Shown: positions 37,543 through 48,116, counted from the stretch's first letter. The stretch: DNA of 64,000 nt from Promethearchaeota archaeon (GCA_048940445.1 JBHLON010000005.1:59125-123124), one strand, 5' to 3'. Made by a program: numbers and translations. Notes: generated by a model from the letters alone, not told the origin.

Positions 37543-38397
37543 TTGATTTATATAATTAATTTGAGAAAATTACCTTTATATATATTTACAGAAGATTTGA
37601 ACTTTTTTTATAAATTAAATAAAGCCTTAAAAGAAAAAAAGATTCCTTTTAAAATTTCTAATATTCCGGATAAAATTCCAAATTTTCCATCACTTATACT
37701 TACTACAGTTAAAGAGTTTGACAGATTGGGAAGACTGAATAATAAAGCCACTATTTTAGCATATTCACTTGACGAAAAGTTTGAGGATTACCTGTTGAAA
37801 GTAATCGCTTCTTATAGAGTAGGATTTAAACAAAAATATAATTCACTTACATTTTCAATTGACCCCGGTAATAGAATAGGTTTAATAGTCTTTTTAGATG
37901 ATTATTATTTTGACTCATATTGCTTTTATGAAGAAAAAAGTATAATTAGAAATATCCTCACCACGATTAATTTTTTTCAAATGGACAATCCTCAATTAAT
38001 GAATTTAGAATTCAAATTTGGGAGCGGAGTTTTATCATTAACTCAAAAGTTAATTAGCTTAATTTATAAGAAATTAAAAAATCAAGAAAAAACAAGAGTT
38101 TTTTTAATTGATGAATTTAAATCTTCAAAAATAAAAACTTTAAATAAATATCGCAGCAAAAAGATATCCAAAGATGAAATCTCTGCTTTAATTTTAGCAC
38201 TAAGAGATGGTATTGAACTTAATTTTAATAGTTATATTTCAATATCTGATCAAACTAAAGGAAAAAAACCTAAATTTAAAACACTACAGCAAAACAAATC
38301 TATTACTCTTAATAAACCTATATATACGATAGAACAGATAGTCGAAAAAATTTTAAATAGTGAACTGTCGCTCAGTAACGCTTCACAACTAATTTAA
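37543..38397 (+). CDS. Protein with RNase H-like (YqgF/RuvX-like) domain
   Basis: SIDPG.RIGL; KFGSG; LIDEFKSS; DEISALILA. Confidence 0.7.
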   Translation: MIYIINLRKLPLYIFTEDLNFFYKLNKALKEKKIPFKISNIPDKIPNFPSLILTTVKEFDRLGRLNNKATILAYSLDEKFEDYLLKVIASYRVGFKQKYNSLTFSIDPGNRIGLIVFLDDYYFDSYCFYEEKSIIRNILTTINFFQMDNPQLMNLEFKFGSGVLSLTQKLISLIYKKLKNQEKTRVFLIDEFKSSKIKTLNKYRSKKISKDEISALILALRDGIELNFNSYISISDQTKGKKPKFKTLQQNKSITLNKPIYTIEQIVEKILNSELSLSNASQLI

Positions 38398-38438
38398 GGA
38401 ATAAGTTTTTTAATAAATTCTTATATAATATAATAAAT

Positions 38439-38460
38439 TGAAATAAGGTTTCTTATTTCA
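38439..38460. promoter_or_regulatory. 9-bp inverted repeat upstream of the acetyltransferase pair (operator or terminator hairpin)
   Basis: TGAAATAAG-GTTT-CTTATTTCA. Confidence 0.35.
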
Positions 38461-38517
38461 TAAATTTCAAAATAGATAATTTTTTTATCTGGTTTTGGAA
38501 AGGGGATAAAATGTACT

Positions 38518-39636
38518 ATGATACGATTTAAAAGTATTGATGTATTTCGAGGACTTTGTATTTTTTATATGATTTTTGGACATATGATTGATTGGTGGAT
38601 TTCACCGACAGATTTTTGGTTGTATGACATAATTTGGAATTATGGAGCAGTTTTTGGAGGATCAGGATTTTTACTTGTTTCTGGTATGAGCGCCGCACTT
38701 TCATATAAAGCAGGGTTAACAAAAGTTGAGAATTACGAAGAACTCAATAAAAATAGAATTAGAAATGAATATATTATTAGAGCTTTATTTATATTATTAG
38801 TTTCAATGATATGGAACTCTGTAGGAACCGTCTATATGGGTTTACCTGGAGTATGGTTATGGTTTGTTCTGCAAACGATTTCAATCTCACTTTTGATGGC
38901 TTGGCCACTGTTAAAAACTTCTAAACTATTTAGATTACTTATTTGTTTTGCAAGTTGGATTAGTAATGAGATTATATTTATGTGGTTATCTCCTTATTCT
39001 GGACAAGAAAATATCTATGGTTACTTTTTCTACCTTTTTTACAATAGTCCTGAACAAAATGTAATTCTTGGCTACTTTCCATTTCTGCTTTTAGGAACCG
39101 TTATTGGAGAAATATTGTTTGATGCTGGAATGATAAACAATTTGGAAGAACGTCGATCTTATTTAAAGAATAAACTACTCAAACCTTTAATAATAGGAGG
39201 TTTTATTCTAATAACATTTGGTTTAAGCTTTAAATTTCCAAATATAACAAATAAAGAAACCTTTTCGTCTCATATGTTTATACTTGGAATTGAGTTTTTG
39301 ATTTTAGCATTTTTAGTTCTCTTAAAAGATTATGGTAGATATAAATTAAGAAGAAGGTTTACATTCTTTGAATACTATTCATTTTATTCTTTTACAATGT
39401 TTTTATCGCATCATATGTTATTTTTCCTGTTCCAACCACAATTTAATAGTATCCAAATTTGGTTTCTAATAAGTCCGATATTGATCATATGGACATTATT
39501 ATTTCGTTTTATCTATAAAAATTGGGATAAATATATTTCATTGAAATTTTTAATAAATAAATCAGCGATCTTTTTTGCCAGAAAAATAGAATTGATTAAA
39601 CCAAATAAGCAGTACTTTAAAATTGTTTATGAGTAA
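38518..39636 (+). CDS. Transmembrane acyltransferase, HGSNAT catalytic/DUF1624 family
   Basis: RFKSIDVFRG...M..GH; F..VSG; about 10 TMs. Confidence 0.85.
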   Translation: MIRFKSIDVFRGLCIFYMIFGHMIDWWISPTDFWLYDIIWNYGAVFGGSGFLLVSGMSAALSYKAGLTKVENYEELNKNRIRNEYIIRALFILLVSMIWNSVGTVYMGLPGVWLWFVLQTISISLLMAWPLLKTSKLFRLLICFASWISNEIIFMWLSPYSGQENIYGYFFYLFYNSPEQNVILGYFPFLLLGTVIGEILFDAGMINNLEERRSYLKNKLLKPLIIGGFILITFGLSFKFPNITNKETFSSHMFILGIEFLILAFLVLLKDYGRYKLRRRFTFFEYYSFYSFTMFLSHHMLFFLFQPQFNSIQIWFLISPILIIWTLLFRFIYKNWDKYISLKFLINKSAIFFARKIELIKPNKQYFKIVYE

Positions 39637-39767
39637 AATATTTCTAATAAAAATATTAAAATATTTTTAAAATTCGAACGAACTTTCTCTTTAAAGGAAA
39701 ATTTTAATTAAAACTAAATATTTAATGAAATAAAAAATTGGCTAATTAAGAGTAAGTTAACATTGCG

Positions 39768-40838
39768 ATGAAACGCTTGAAAAGCATTGATATATTTCGC
39801 GGATCATGCATATTATGGATGTTTGTAGGACATCTTCAAGATTGGTGGTTAACGGATTCAGATAGATGGCTTTTCCATTTAACTTATAACATTGTTGATC
39901 CCATAGGGTCTTCAGCTTTTATATTCATTGCCGGTTTGACTGCAGTTTTATCACTTCGATCAAGACGTCTTAAAGCTCAAGATACTAAAAATCTTCAGTT
40001 AATTAGAAAAGAATATTTTTTTCGAGCATTCTTAATCTTTTTACTTGCGATATCTTATAATATTAGTATAGCGATTGCACTCTTTAATCCATTATGGATC
40101 TGGGCATGGTTTGTCTTACTCACAGTCTCAATTTCTCTTATGATTGGTTGGTTTTTAATGAAATTATCAATTTGGATTCGAATTATTATTGGTTTTGCTA
40201 TTTGGATATTAAATCGAATATTATTAATACTTCTATTACCATTTGAAAACCAACTAAATTTAAACGGTATTATATTCCAGATTCTCTACTTTAAATTAGA
40301 TCTTGATGTCATTCTTTCCTTCCTGCCCTTTTTCATCTTTGGAACTGTTTTAGGGGAAATTTTATTCAAAGTATACCTTATTAAAGATGAAAAATTGTTG
40401 AAAAGAAAATTAAAAACAAATTTCATATATCCTACATTAATATCAGGCTTAATTTTAATATTAATTGGAATTTTAATTTTTTTCCCTCAATTTTTCAAAA
40501 ATCGAAGTTTTTCTTGGTTGATTTACACATTAGGAATAGACTTAACTCTTATATCAATTTTAGTCATTTTTGAAGAACTAAGGACTCCCAAATTAAAGAG
40601 AAGTTATCATTTTTTATTTTTTTATTCTTATTATTCCCTTACCATTTTTCTTGGCCATAATATACTATATTTTTTGTTTTATAAGCAATTAAGTGTAATT
40701 AATATATGGATTTACATTTTAATCACAGTTGCCTTAGTAGGGTTATTATTCAAAATAATCTACGATAGGTTGGGACAAAGGCTATCTATCAAAGTCCAAA
40801 TAGGAAAATTAGCTAAATATCTGGCAAAAAAAGTGTAA
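39768..40838 (+). CDS. Transmembrane acyltransferase, HGSNAT catalytic/DUF1624 family (tandem paralogue)
   Basis: RLKSIDIFRG...M..GH; FIFIAG; YSLTIFLGH. Confidence 0.85.
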   Translation: MKRLKSIDIFRGSCILWMFVGHLQDWWLTDSDRWLFHLTYNIVDPIGSSAFIFIAGLTAVLSLRSRRLKAQDTKNLQLIRKEYFFRAFLIFLLAISYNISIAIALFNPLWIWAWFVLLTVSISLMIGWFLMKLSIWIRIIIGFAIWILNRILLILLLPFENQLNLNGIIFQILYFKLDLDVILSFLPFFIFGTVLGEILFKVYLIKDEKLLKRKLKTNFIYPTLISGLILILIGILIFFPQFFKNRSFSWLIYTLGIDLTLISILVIFEELRTPKLKRSYHFLFFYSYYSLTIFLGHNILYFLFYKQLSVINIWIYILITVALVGLLFKIIYDRLGQRLSIKVQIGKLAKYLAKKV

Positions 40839-40843
40839 TTTAA

Positions 40844-42016
40844 TTAGTGATCTGGATAACTTGTAAATAGTTTACCCCATCCTGTCTTCATAAACTTCTT
40901 AATTCGTTGCTTTCCAATAATTGGGTACCAAATCATATCATGAAATATCATTGAAGCCATAATTGGTCCTATAAAAAATAATTCGCTTTTAAATAATGGG
41001 TATATAAATTGTAAAGGACCTTTTCTAACCATTTGATCTCCCCAGATTACCAAACTCCTTTTTACTTTAAATTTCCAATTGGTTTCTGATACATCTTTTC
41101 CCACTATTTCAATTTGGTTAAAATCTCCACAACCTAATCCCATTTCATGAGCTAATTTAATAGCTGGTAATTTAAGAGGATCAAACCCCATCATTCTAGC
41201 TACCACAGTATCAACTGCGACTTGATCATATCCTGCTAAAATATAATTTTTAATTCTTGGTATCATTGTTCTTGGTCCAGCCCCATCTCCACAAACAGTT
41301 CCATCAACTACGGCAAGAATATTTGGATGAATTTGTTTTTGAATTATTAATAAGTCAACAAGCACCTCGCTCATATATTGATGTGAAAAATGTCTCCTTT
41401 TAGTGAGTAAGCCACCAAAAGCGTTTTTCATAGCACAAGTTATCCCTCCATCTTTCATTTCAGCGTTTGTATGCTCTAATGGCCCTCCTATTGCCCCTGT
41501 ATGACCATGAGTCTTCATTGTTGGAAGGTGAATGATAGATTTTCCTACATAGAATTTGGGTATTCGAAATCCTTCAGGAAATATTTTTGAATTTAAAACT
41601 AATAATTCTTGATTCTTTAAATTTACAAATTTCGATCGCAATGACTCATATGGGACAAAAGGAATCCGCGTTAAAGGAATAAACCAAGCATTAAACTTTT
41701 TTATTATTGGCCACCAGCGATTTCCCTTCAACCCTTTTTCAATATTTGTCACTACTGTTCTGTTTTCTGCTGTAAATAACTTCTTAGGATTATATCCATC
41801 CTCTATCATTGTTTTAAGAAGCCCTTCTAACTGCCACGGTGGACTTGAACAAGCTGGGAAAAATTTTGACCAACTTAAATTTAATTTAATAAGAATTTTT
41901 TCTTGTTTACTATAAAATTTCTGATATTTTGCCATTTCGAGGAGTGTCTTATAGTCATTTAAAACTGAAGATGGCCTTGTTTTAAGTATGAATACTTGGG
42001 GCTTTATTATTGCCAT
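40844..42016 (-). CDS. DUF362 domain protein
   Basis: IKLN; LPTMKTH; TCAMKNAFG; VVDGT..GDGAGP; DQVAVD. Confidence 0.88.
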   Translation of the reverse strand: MAIIKPQVFILKTRPSSVLNDYKTLLEMAKYQKFYSKQEKILIKLNLSWSKFFPACSSPPWQLEGLLKTMIEDGYNPKKLFTAENRTVVTNIEKGLKGNRWWPIIKKFNAWFIPLTRIPFVPYESLRSKFVNLKNQELLVLNSKIFPEGFRIPKFYVGKSIIHLPTMKTHGHTGAIGGPLEHTNAEMKDGGITCAMKNAFGGLLTKRRHFSHQYMSEVLVDLLIIQKQIHPNILAVVDGTVCGDGAGPRTMIPRIKNYILAGYDQVAVDTVVARMMGFDPLKLPAIKLAHEMGLGCGDFNQIEIVGKDVSETNWKFKVKRSLVIWGDQMVRKGPLQFIYPLFKSELFFIGPIMASMIFHDMIWYPIIGKQRIKKFMKTGWGKLFTSYPDH

Positions 42017-42135
42017 AAAAAAGATAATTGTTATCTACTTATCTTTTTTATGATTCTCAAAATATAAGAAAAATTGATTTATAACCTAAGAGATCAAAAA
42101 CGAATTAAAATGTTAAAAGGAAAAGTAAAAAAATA

Positions 42136-43245
42136 TTAATCTGAGATATATTCCCAACCTTCATAGGATTTTTCTGTTTCTTTTTTAAATGGTAAGCAAT
42201 TAATGTAATGATTTCCTTCTAATTTTATCATTACTGGATTTTCAACCCCACAACCCACATGTTGGCCTTTTTCAAAACATCTTGGATGAAAAGCACATCC
42301 AGAAGGAGGATTTATTGGGCTAGGAACGTCACCTTCTAGAATTATTCTTTTCCTCTTTGAAGAAGGATCAAAAGTGGGTCTTGCTGACAATAATGCCTTC
42401 GTATATGGATGTTGAGGATTATAAAATACTTCATCAATTGAACCTCCTTCTACAAACTTGCCTAAATACATAACTTGTATTCTATCTGCAATATGTTGTA
42501 CAACAGTCAGATCATGGGTTATAAAGATGTATGCTAAGTTAAATTGATTTTGAAGATCTTTTAATAAATTCAATATTTGGGCTTGAACAGAAACATCCAA
42601 TGCAGAGGTTGGTTCATCTAATACAATTATCTCTGGATTGCAGGCTAATGCTCTTGCAATAACTATTCTCTGCTTCTGACCACCTGAAAATTCATGTGGG
42701 TATCTATCTAAATGTTCAGCTTTCATTGAAACTGTTTCTAATAGCTCAAGAACTTTTCTCCTAATTTCACTACGTTTTCTTATACCCATTAAAATTCTTA
42801 ATGGTTCACCTATTAAGTTCACGACTTTCCAACGAGGGTTCAGTGATGAATCAGGATCTTGAAATACCATCTGGATTTTTTTCCGGAATTGCATTTTTTT
42901 ACGCTTCGCTTGCATTGCTTTCTTTTTTCGCCATCCTTTAATCCCTGCCGAATCAACTCTTTCATCTCCATAGTATATTTCACCCGCATTATTAGTTACT
43001 AGATCTAAAATTGTATTACCGATTGTCGTTTTTCCGCACCCGCTTTCTCCGACTAATCCTAAAGTCTCTCCCTTATAAAGTTTAAAAGAAACTCCATCGA
43101 CAGCTTTTACGTAACCAACCACCCTTTTAAATATACCCCCATAAATAGGATAATAAGTCTTTAAATTATTTACTGTCAAAATTGGTTTTTTCATTTCAGA
43201 TTCTTCCAATTGTTCACTTTCCATTTCTTTTTCAGTAACTATCAT
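42136..43245 (-). CDS. oppF: Oligopeptide ABC transporter ATPase OppF
   Basis: GESGCGKT; FSGGQKQR; DEPTSALDV; HPYT; PSGCAFHPRC. Confidence 0.96.
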   Translation of the reverse strand: MIVTEKEMESEQLEESEMKKPILTVNNLKTYYPIYGGIFKRVVGYVKAVDGVSFKLYKGETLGLVGESGCGKTTIGNTILDLVTNNAGEIYYGDERVDSAGIKGWRKKKAMQAKRKKMQFRKKIQMVFQDPDSSLNPRWKVVNLIGEPLRILMGIRKRSEIRRKVLELLETVSMKAEHLDRYPHEFSGGQKQRIVIARALACNPEIIVLDEPTSALDVSVQAQILNLLKDLQNQFNLAYIFITHDLTVVQHIADRIQVMYLGKFVEGGSIDEVFYNPQHPYTKALLSARPTFDPSSKRKRIILEGDVPSPINPPSGCAFHPRCFEKGQHVGCGVENPVMIKLEGNHYINCLPFKKETEKSYEGWEYISD

Positions 43246-43266
43246 TTTTTCACTTCTTCAATATTC

Positions 43267-44520
43267 TTAAATTAAAAAGGATTCACCTTTTTCTTCTTTT
43301 GTCCATTGATATTTTGGAGAGTCTTTATATTTAGGATCATATAAGTGACAGGCAATATAATACTTATCTCCAATTTCAATGAATTCAGGTTTAACTTTAT
43401 CACAAATCTCTAGTCTCTCATCACATCTTGGATGAAATCTACAGCCTGAAGGAGGATATATTAAATTTGGAACCATACCCCTTATAGTTTTTAACTTTTT
43501 ATCTCTCAACTCAATACTTGGAATAGCTGCAATTAAACCCCTTGTATATGGATGACGTGGTTTTTTAAATAGATCATCAGCAGTAGCATATTCTACAATA
43601 CTTCCACTATACATCACTGCTACTCTATCGCATAATTCAGCAATAATTCCTAAATCGTGAGTTATTAGAAGTATTGAGGTTTTAAATTTATCTTTTAAAT
43701 CTTTCATTAATTCTAAAATCTGAGCTTGAATTGTGACATCTAAAGCAGTTGTGGGTTCATCAGCTATTAAGAGTGCTGGATTGCATGACAATGCCATTGC
43801 AATCATAACACGCTGTCTCATACCGCCGCTCAATTCATGCGGATATCTTTTAAGAATCCCTTCAGCATCTGCAATTCCTACTTCATTAATCACTTGTAGG
43901 CATTTTTCTGTTAGAAGATCTTTAAACGTAGGTATATGGCTTGTTTCACTCTTTAATCGATCAATTTGAGATTGAATTTCCAATGTCTCATCTTCAGTAA
44001 GTCTATCTTTATTATTACTTAAATGTTCTTTTAATTCTTTTTTTTTAACTAATTTATTTTTCCTTTCTAAATTTCTTTTAGCAAGTTCTTCTTTTATAAT
44101 ATCTCTCTGATGTAATAAAAATACCTCACCGACTTGAGTCCCAATTGTCATTACTGGATTAAGTGAATTAAGAGGATCTTGAAAGATCATGGTTATATCC
44201 TTTCCACGATGCTGTCGCATTTGATTCTTATCTAATTCTAGTAAATTTTTCCCTCTAAATAGAACCCTTCCATCAATAATCTTTCCAGGGGCTCTTACTA
44301 ATTGAAGTAGTGATAAGGCTGTAACGGATTTTCCGCATCCAGTTTCTCCTACTAATCCCAATACTTCATCCTCATAGATGTCGAAAGTAATACCATCAAC
44401 GGCTTTCACAATTCCTTCTTCAGTATAAAAGTATGTTTTTAAACTTTTAACTTCTATTAATTTCTCTTTTTCAACATCCTCGGAAGTTACAAACTCTTCT
44501 ACCTTTTCACTTTCTACCAT
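43267..44520 (-). CDS. oppD: Oligopeptide ABC transporter ATPase OppD with coiled-coil insertion
   Basis: GETGCGKS; LSGGMRQR; DEPTTALDV; GCRFHPRC. Confidence 0.96.
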   Translation of the reverse strand: MVESEKVEEFVTSEDVEKEKLIEVKSLKTYFYTEEGIVKAVDGITFDIYEDEVLGLVGETGCGKSVTALSLLQLVRAPGKIIDGRVLFRGKNLLELDKNQMRQHRGKDITMIFQDPLNSLNPVMTIGTQVGEVFLLHQRDIIKEELAKRNLERKNKLVKKKELKEHLSNNKDRLTEDETLEIQSQIDRLKSETSHIPTFKDLLTEKCLQVINEVGIADAEGILKRYPHELSGGMRQRVMIAMALSCNPALLIADEPTTALDVTIQAQILELMKDLKDKFKTSILLITHDLGIIAELCDRVAVMYSGSIVEYATADDLFKKPRHPYTRGLIAAIPSIELRDKKLKTIRGMVPNLIYPPSGCRFHPRCDERLEICDKVKPEFIEIGDKYYIACHLYDPKYKDSPKYQWTKEEKGESFLI

Positions 44521-44576
44521 GGTTGTATATTCCCGAATTAAGATAATTGTTCATATATAAATAAATTAATTATTAG

Positions 44577-45596
44577 CTATAAGTTTTTCAATCGTGGATC
44601 CAATGCATCTCGCAAGCCATCACCCAATAACATGAACCCTAGCACAGCTAATAGAATCATGAAGCCAGGTCCCATTGATGCCCACGGTGCAGTATAAAGG
44701 AATGTTCGTGCCTCATTAATTTCATTCCCCCAATCTATCATTCTTGGGTCACTAAATCCTAAAAATGAAAGCCCAGCTAAACTTAATACAATACCTCCAA
44801 TATCAAAGGTAACTGAAATAATTATGGGCTGAATCACGTTAGGTAATATATGTCTAAACATAATTCTGAAATCTCCTGCTCCAGAAACTTTAGCAGCTTG
44901 TATATAAGGTAATTCTCTCGCTTGTAGAACTGATCCTCTTATTAAACGAGCATAATAGGGCACTCCAAGAATACCCCATGCTAACATTACATATTCTATT
45001 TGAACGCCAGTATTAAAAATTTCACTGAAAACGGCAATAAATACTAATGCTAAGATTAAACCTGGAAATGCAAGCAATATATCTGCTAGTCTCATGATTA
45101 AGGAATCTACCCAGCCACCATAATAAGCAGCAATCACTCCAAATATAATTCCAAATATTACACTAAACCCAATAGCAGGAAGTGCTACTGTTAAAGAAGT
45201 TCGTGCGCCAAAAATCATTCGAGCGAGTACATCACGTCCAAATTTTGTCTGGCCTAAAGGATGGTTTACTGAGGGGGCTGCCCAAGATCCTGCAGTTACT
45301 CCATTAGCTTGATCAAAAGTATACATAGAAATCCAGTTTGGAAATACAGCTAACGTAACAACAAAGAAAACTATACCTATTCCTATTATACTAAGGACAG
45401 ATTTAAATCTTCGAATAAATCTCCTTCTACTTACTGTCTTTTCATATTCAAACTCTTTTAGAGATAAATCTTCCAATCTAGAAGCCGGAATGAATAAAAA
45501 TTTCAGATTCCTAAAAATCCAAGAACCTATTGTATTTACTGTAGTCTTTTCTTCTTTCTCTTCCACTTGAATCTCATAAATTTCTTCTTCTTGCAA
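44577..45596 (-). CDS. oppC: Oligopeptide ABC transporter permease OppC
   Basis: HPLGQTKFGRDV; EAA-like YIQAAKVSGA; GDGLRDALDPR. Confidence 0.96.
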   Translation of the reverse strand: MQEEEIYEIQVEEKEEKTTVNTIGSWIFRNLKFLFIPASRLEDLSLKEFEYEKTVSRRRFIRRFKSVLSIIGIGIVFFVVTLAVFPNWISMYTFDQANGVTAGSWAAPSVNHPLGQTKFGRDVLARMIFGARTSLTVALPAIGFSVIFGIIFGVIAAYYGGWVDSLIMRLADILLAFPGLILALVFIAVFSEIFNTGVQIEYVMLAWGILGVPYYARLIRGSVLQARELPYIQAAKVSGAGDFRIMFRHILPNVIQPIIISVTFDIGGIVLSLAGLSFLGFSDPRMIDWGNEINEARTFLYTAPWASMGPGFMILLAVLGFMLLGDGLRDALDPRLKNL

Positions 45597-45619
45597 ACTT
45601 ACTCACTTTTTTATGAATT

Positions 45620-46639
45620 TTAATACCTAATTCGTGGATCTAACATTCCATATATTAAATCTGTTATTAAATTGACCATAACAAAAATTATTGCAAAGAA
45701 AAATACTAATCCATTCAATACCCAATAATCACTATTGCGAATGGCTTGGACAAGCAATTGTCCTATCCCATTCAAGCCAAAGGTAGTCTCTGTAAGTACA
45801 GCACCAGCTAAAAGTCCCGCAAAACTTAATCCTATTACGGTTACCGTTGGAATCATAGCATTTTTTCTCGCATGAGTGTTAATTACATCTTTTTCTTTAC
45901 AACCTTTTGCTCTAGCAGTCCTTACATAATCTTGCTCTAGCACTTCTAACATGCTAGAACGTGTTTGTCTTACAATCCCTGCTAATGAAATAAAAGATAA
46001 ACAAAAAACTGGTAATATTAAATGATATAAATAATCGGAGACCATGTATATTTGACCTGATATCAAAGCATCTAACCACCTAAAACCGGTCACAAAAGGA
46101 GGATCAGTGTAACTGTAAGTCTTAAAGCCAGTAGTTGGAAAAATAGGCACAAGATATCCTACAGTATATTGTAATAACATTCCAAGAAAGAAAACCGGAA
46201 CCGCCACTCCAATTAGAGACATACCTCTGAAAATAGTGTCTCTCGCTTTATTTCTATGTTTCGCAGAAATAACTCCTGTTTTTATACCAATAAAAGCAGC
46301 TATAATCATTGACAATACTGCTAAATCTACTGTTCGTGGTAGACTCACCATTATTAAATCCCATACACCTAACCCCTGAGCGATAGATATAGAAATTCCC
46401 CAATTCCCTGTAAACAAATCTCCAAGATATCTAAAATATTGTATATAAATAGGCTGATCTAATCCCAAATTATGTACTACTTGTCTATATAACTGAGGGG
46501 AAACCCTTCCTTCGGGTAAGTATGCTAATACGGGATCTCCCGGCATGAATCGAGATAATATAAAAGTCAAAGTTAATACTCCAAAAAGTACTGGTATCAT
46601 TGCTAATAGCCTTCTGATAATATATTTTATCATACTCAT
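45620..46639 (-). CDS. oppB: Oligopeptide ABC transporter permease OppB
   Basis: MPGDP; QDYVRTARAKG; LDPRIRY. Confidence 0.96.
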   Translation of the reverse strand: MSMIKYIIRRLLAMIPVLFGVLTLTFILSRFMPGDPVLAYLPEGRVSPQLYRQVVHNLGLDQPIYIQYFRYLGDLFTGNWGISISIAQGLGVWDLIMVSLPRTVDLAVLSMIIAAFIGIKTGVISAKHRNKARDTIFRGMSLIGVAVPVFFLGMLLQYTVGYLVPIFPTTGFKTYSYTDPPFVTGFRWLDALISGQIYMVSDYLYHLILPVFCLSFISLAGIVRQTRSSMLEVLEQDYVRTARAKGCKEKDVINTHARKNAMIPTVTVIGLSFAGLLAGAVLTETTFGLNGIGQLLVQAIRNSDYWVLNGLVFFFAIIFVMVNLITDLIYGMLDPRIRY

Positions 46640-46668
46640 TGTTTAAAAACCTCCCTAATAACTTTTTT

Positions 46669-47151
46669 TTACCTCTTTATTATTTTTACTTTTTTCATAT
46701 AACTCTTGTATTTTTCTTTTGTTATTGCTGCTAAAAAAGCGGCAAATAAATTTATACCAAGTAAACTGGCTATTGTGATATATGTCTCGACTCTTATGAA
46801 GTAAATTCCTATTACTGTAATGTCGAATCTCTCTATGATGAACCAATACCATATCCAAGATTCAATTATTATAAATGGGATTAACCAGATGCTGTTTCTA
46901 ATTCCATACTCAAAAAATTGCTCGCGAAATGCCATTATAAAAACAATGACTCCCAGAATAATAGCTGAAAGATAAGTATAAGGGCTAAATAAAACTTGAT
47001 ACAAAAATAGAATTCTGTCACCTATTCCTTTATAAGAATAAACAGGTGGATGATATACATTCGCTAAATAACCAAAAAACACAAAATGAATTAATAATAA
47101 AGCCAATATAAAATTTGTCTGCCTGGCAAATTCGATTTTTTTAAATTTCAT
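46669..47151 (-). CDS. Hypothetical four-TM membrane protein inside opp operon
   Basis: Four hydrophobic segments; FREQFFEYGIRNSIW; tight spacing to neighbours. Confidence 0.75.
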   Translation of the reverse strand: MKFKKIEFARQTNFILALLLIHFVFFGYLANVYHPPVYSYKGIGDRILFLYQVLFSPYTYLSAIILGVIVFIMAFREQFFEYGIRNSIWLIPFIIIESWIWYWFIIERFDITVIGIYFIRVETYITIASLLGINLFAAFLAAITKEKYKSYMKKVKIIKR

Positions 47152-47164
47152 AAATTTCTTCTCC

Positions 47165-48061
47165 CTAAGTTCTGATTGATTGCAATATTTTACCTAGATT
47201 TATATCTTGGATATTTACAGTTATGTTGTTCAATTTAAAATCTTCAATATCAGAAATATTAGATCTTTTATTAATTAATTGAATATCTTCGTAAACTTTT
47301 AAGTTTATCGTATTTTTATCGCGAGCTTTCAAAAGATTCAGATTATAAGAAAAGCAATCTAATAAATCCTCATAGATTAAATATGGAACAAATCCCATCT
47401 CATAATCCTTGTCATTTATTTTATTATGAACGGGCATTTTAATAATTAATGGATAAAATTTATTTTTCCTTTCTAAATATAATTTTTCTACCTTAATTTC
47501 GCCATGTAAATCGATTTGAAACAGATTTTCTTCAATTTTATTGCGGATATAATTAATAATTGTTTCACAATAATGAATTAAGGGATACCTATAATCTTCT
47601 TGAAGTGGACTTAAATTCCTCTGAATTATATAACTATACGTTTTAATAAATTCTTCATTAATAAATGTAAATAAATCACTTAAATCACTATTATAAGAAT
47701 TAATGTTAATAGATTTGTTCCACCAATTTCTTAGATATTTCACTTCTAAGTCTCTCAAGGTAATTTCCTTTTTTTTTGATTTAGCATATTCAATCAAATT
47801 TTTTATACCTATAGAATAAAATAATTCAAAATTGATAATTAAATTTAAAGTCTCACATAGAGCATCTAGCCTCTTAAGATCCAAAATAATAAATAAGGTA
47901 GGTTCTCCATTTGATACTTTGTCTATTCTCATAGGGAGAGGCAAAATAGGAACTTCAAATATATAGGTTGGAAAAAGATCAAAATAAAATCCTATAGGAG
48001 CAATATCATGTTTAAATGATTTTAATTTCACAAGAGGAGTTGATTTGTAAAAATCCATCAT
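47165..48061 (-). CDS. Hypothetical soluble protein inside opp operon
   Basis: 298-aa ORF; PILPLPMRID and GFVPYLIYED segments. Confidence 0.75.
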   Translation of the reverse strand: MMDFYKSTPLVKLKSFKHDIAPIGFYFDLFPTYIFEVPILPLPMRIDKVSNGEPTLFIILDLKRLDALCETLNLIINFELFYSIGIKNLIEYAKSKKKEITLRDLEVKYLRNWWNKSININSYNSDLSDLFTFINEEFIKTYSYIIQRNLSPLQEDYRYPLIHYCETIINYIRNKIEENLFQIDLHGEIKVEKLYLERKNKFYPLIIKMPVHNKINDKDYEMGFVPYLIYEDLLDCFSYNLNLLKARDKNTINLKVYEDIQLINKRSNISDIEDFKLNNITVNIQDINLGKILQSIRT

Positions 48062-48116
48062 ATAAATAAAGGGAATAATTAAAAAAAAAAGTAATTATTA
48101 TTGAATATTTCTGATC

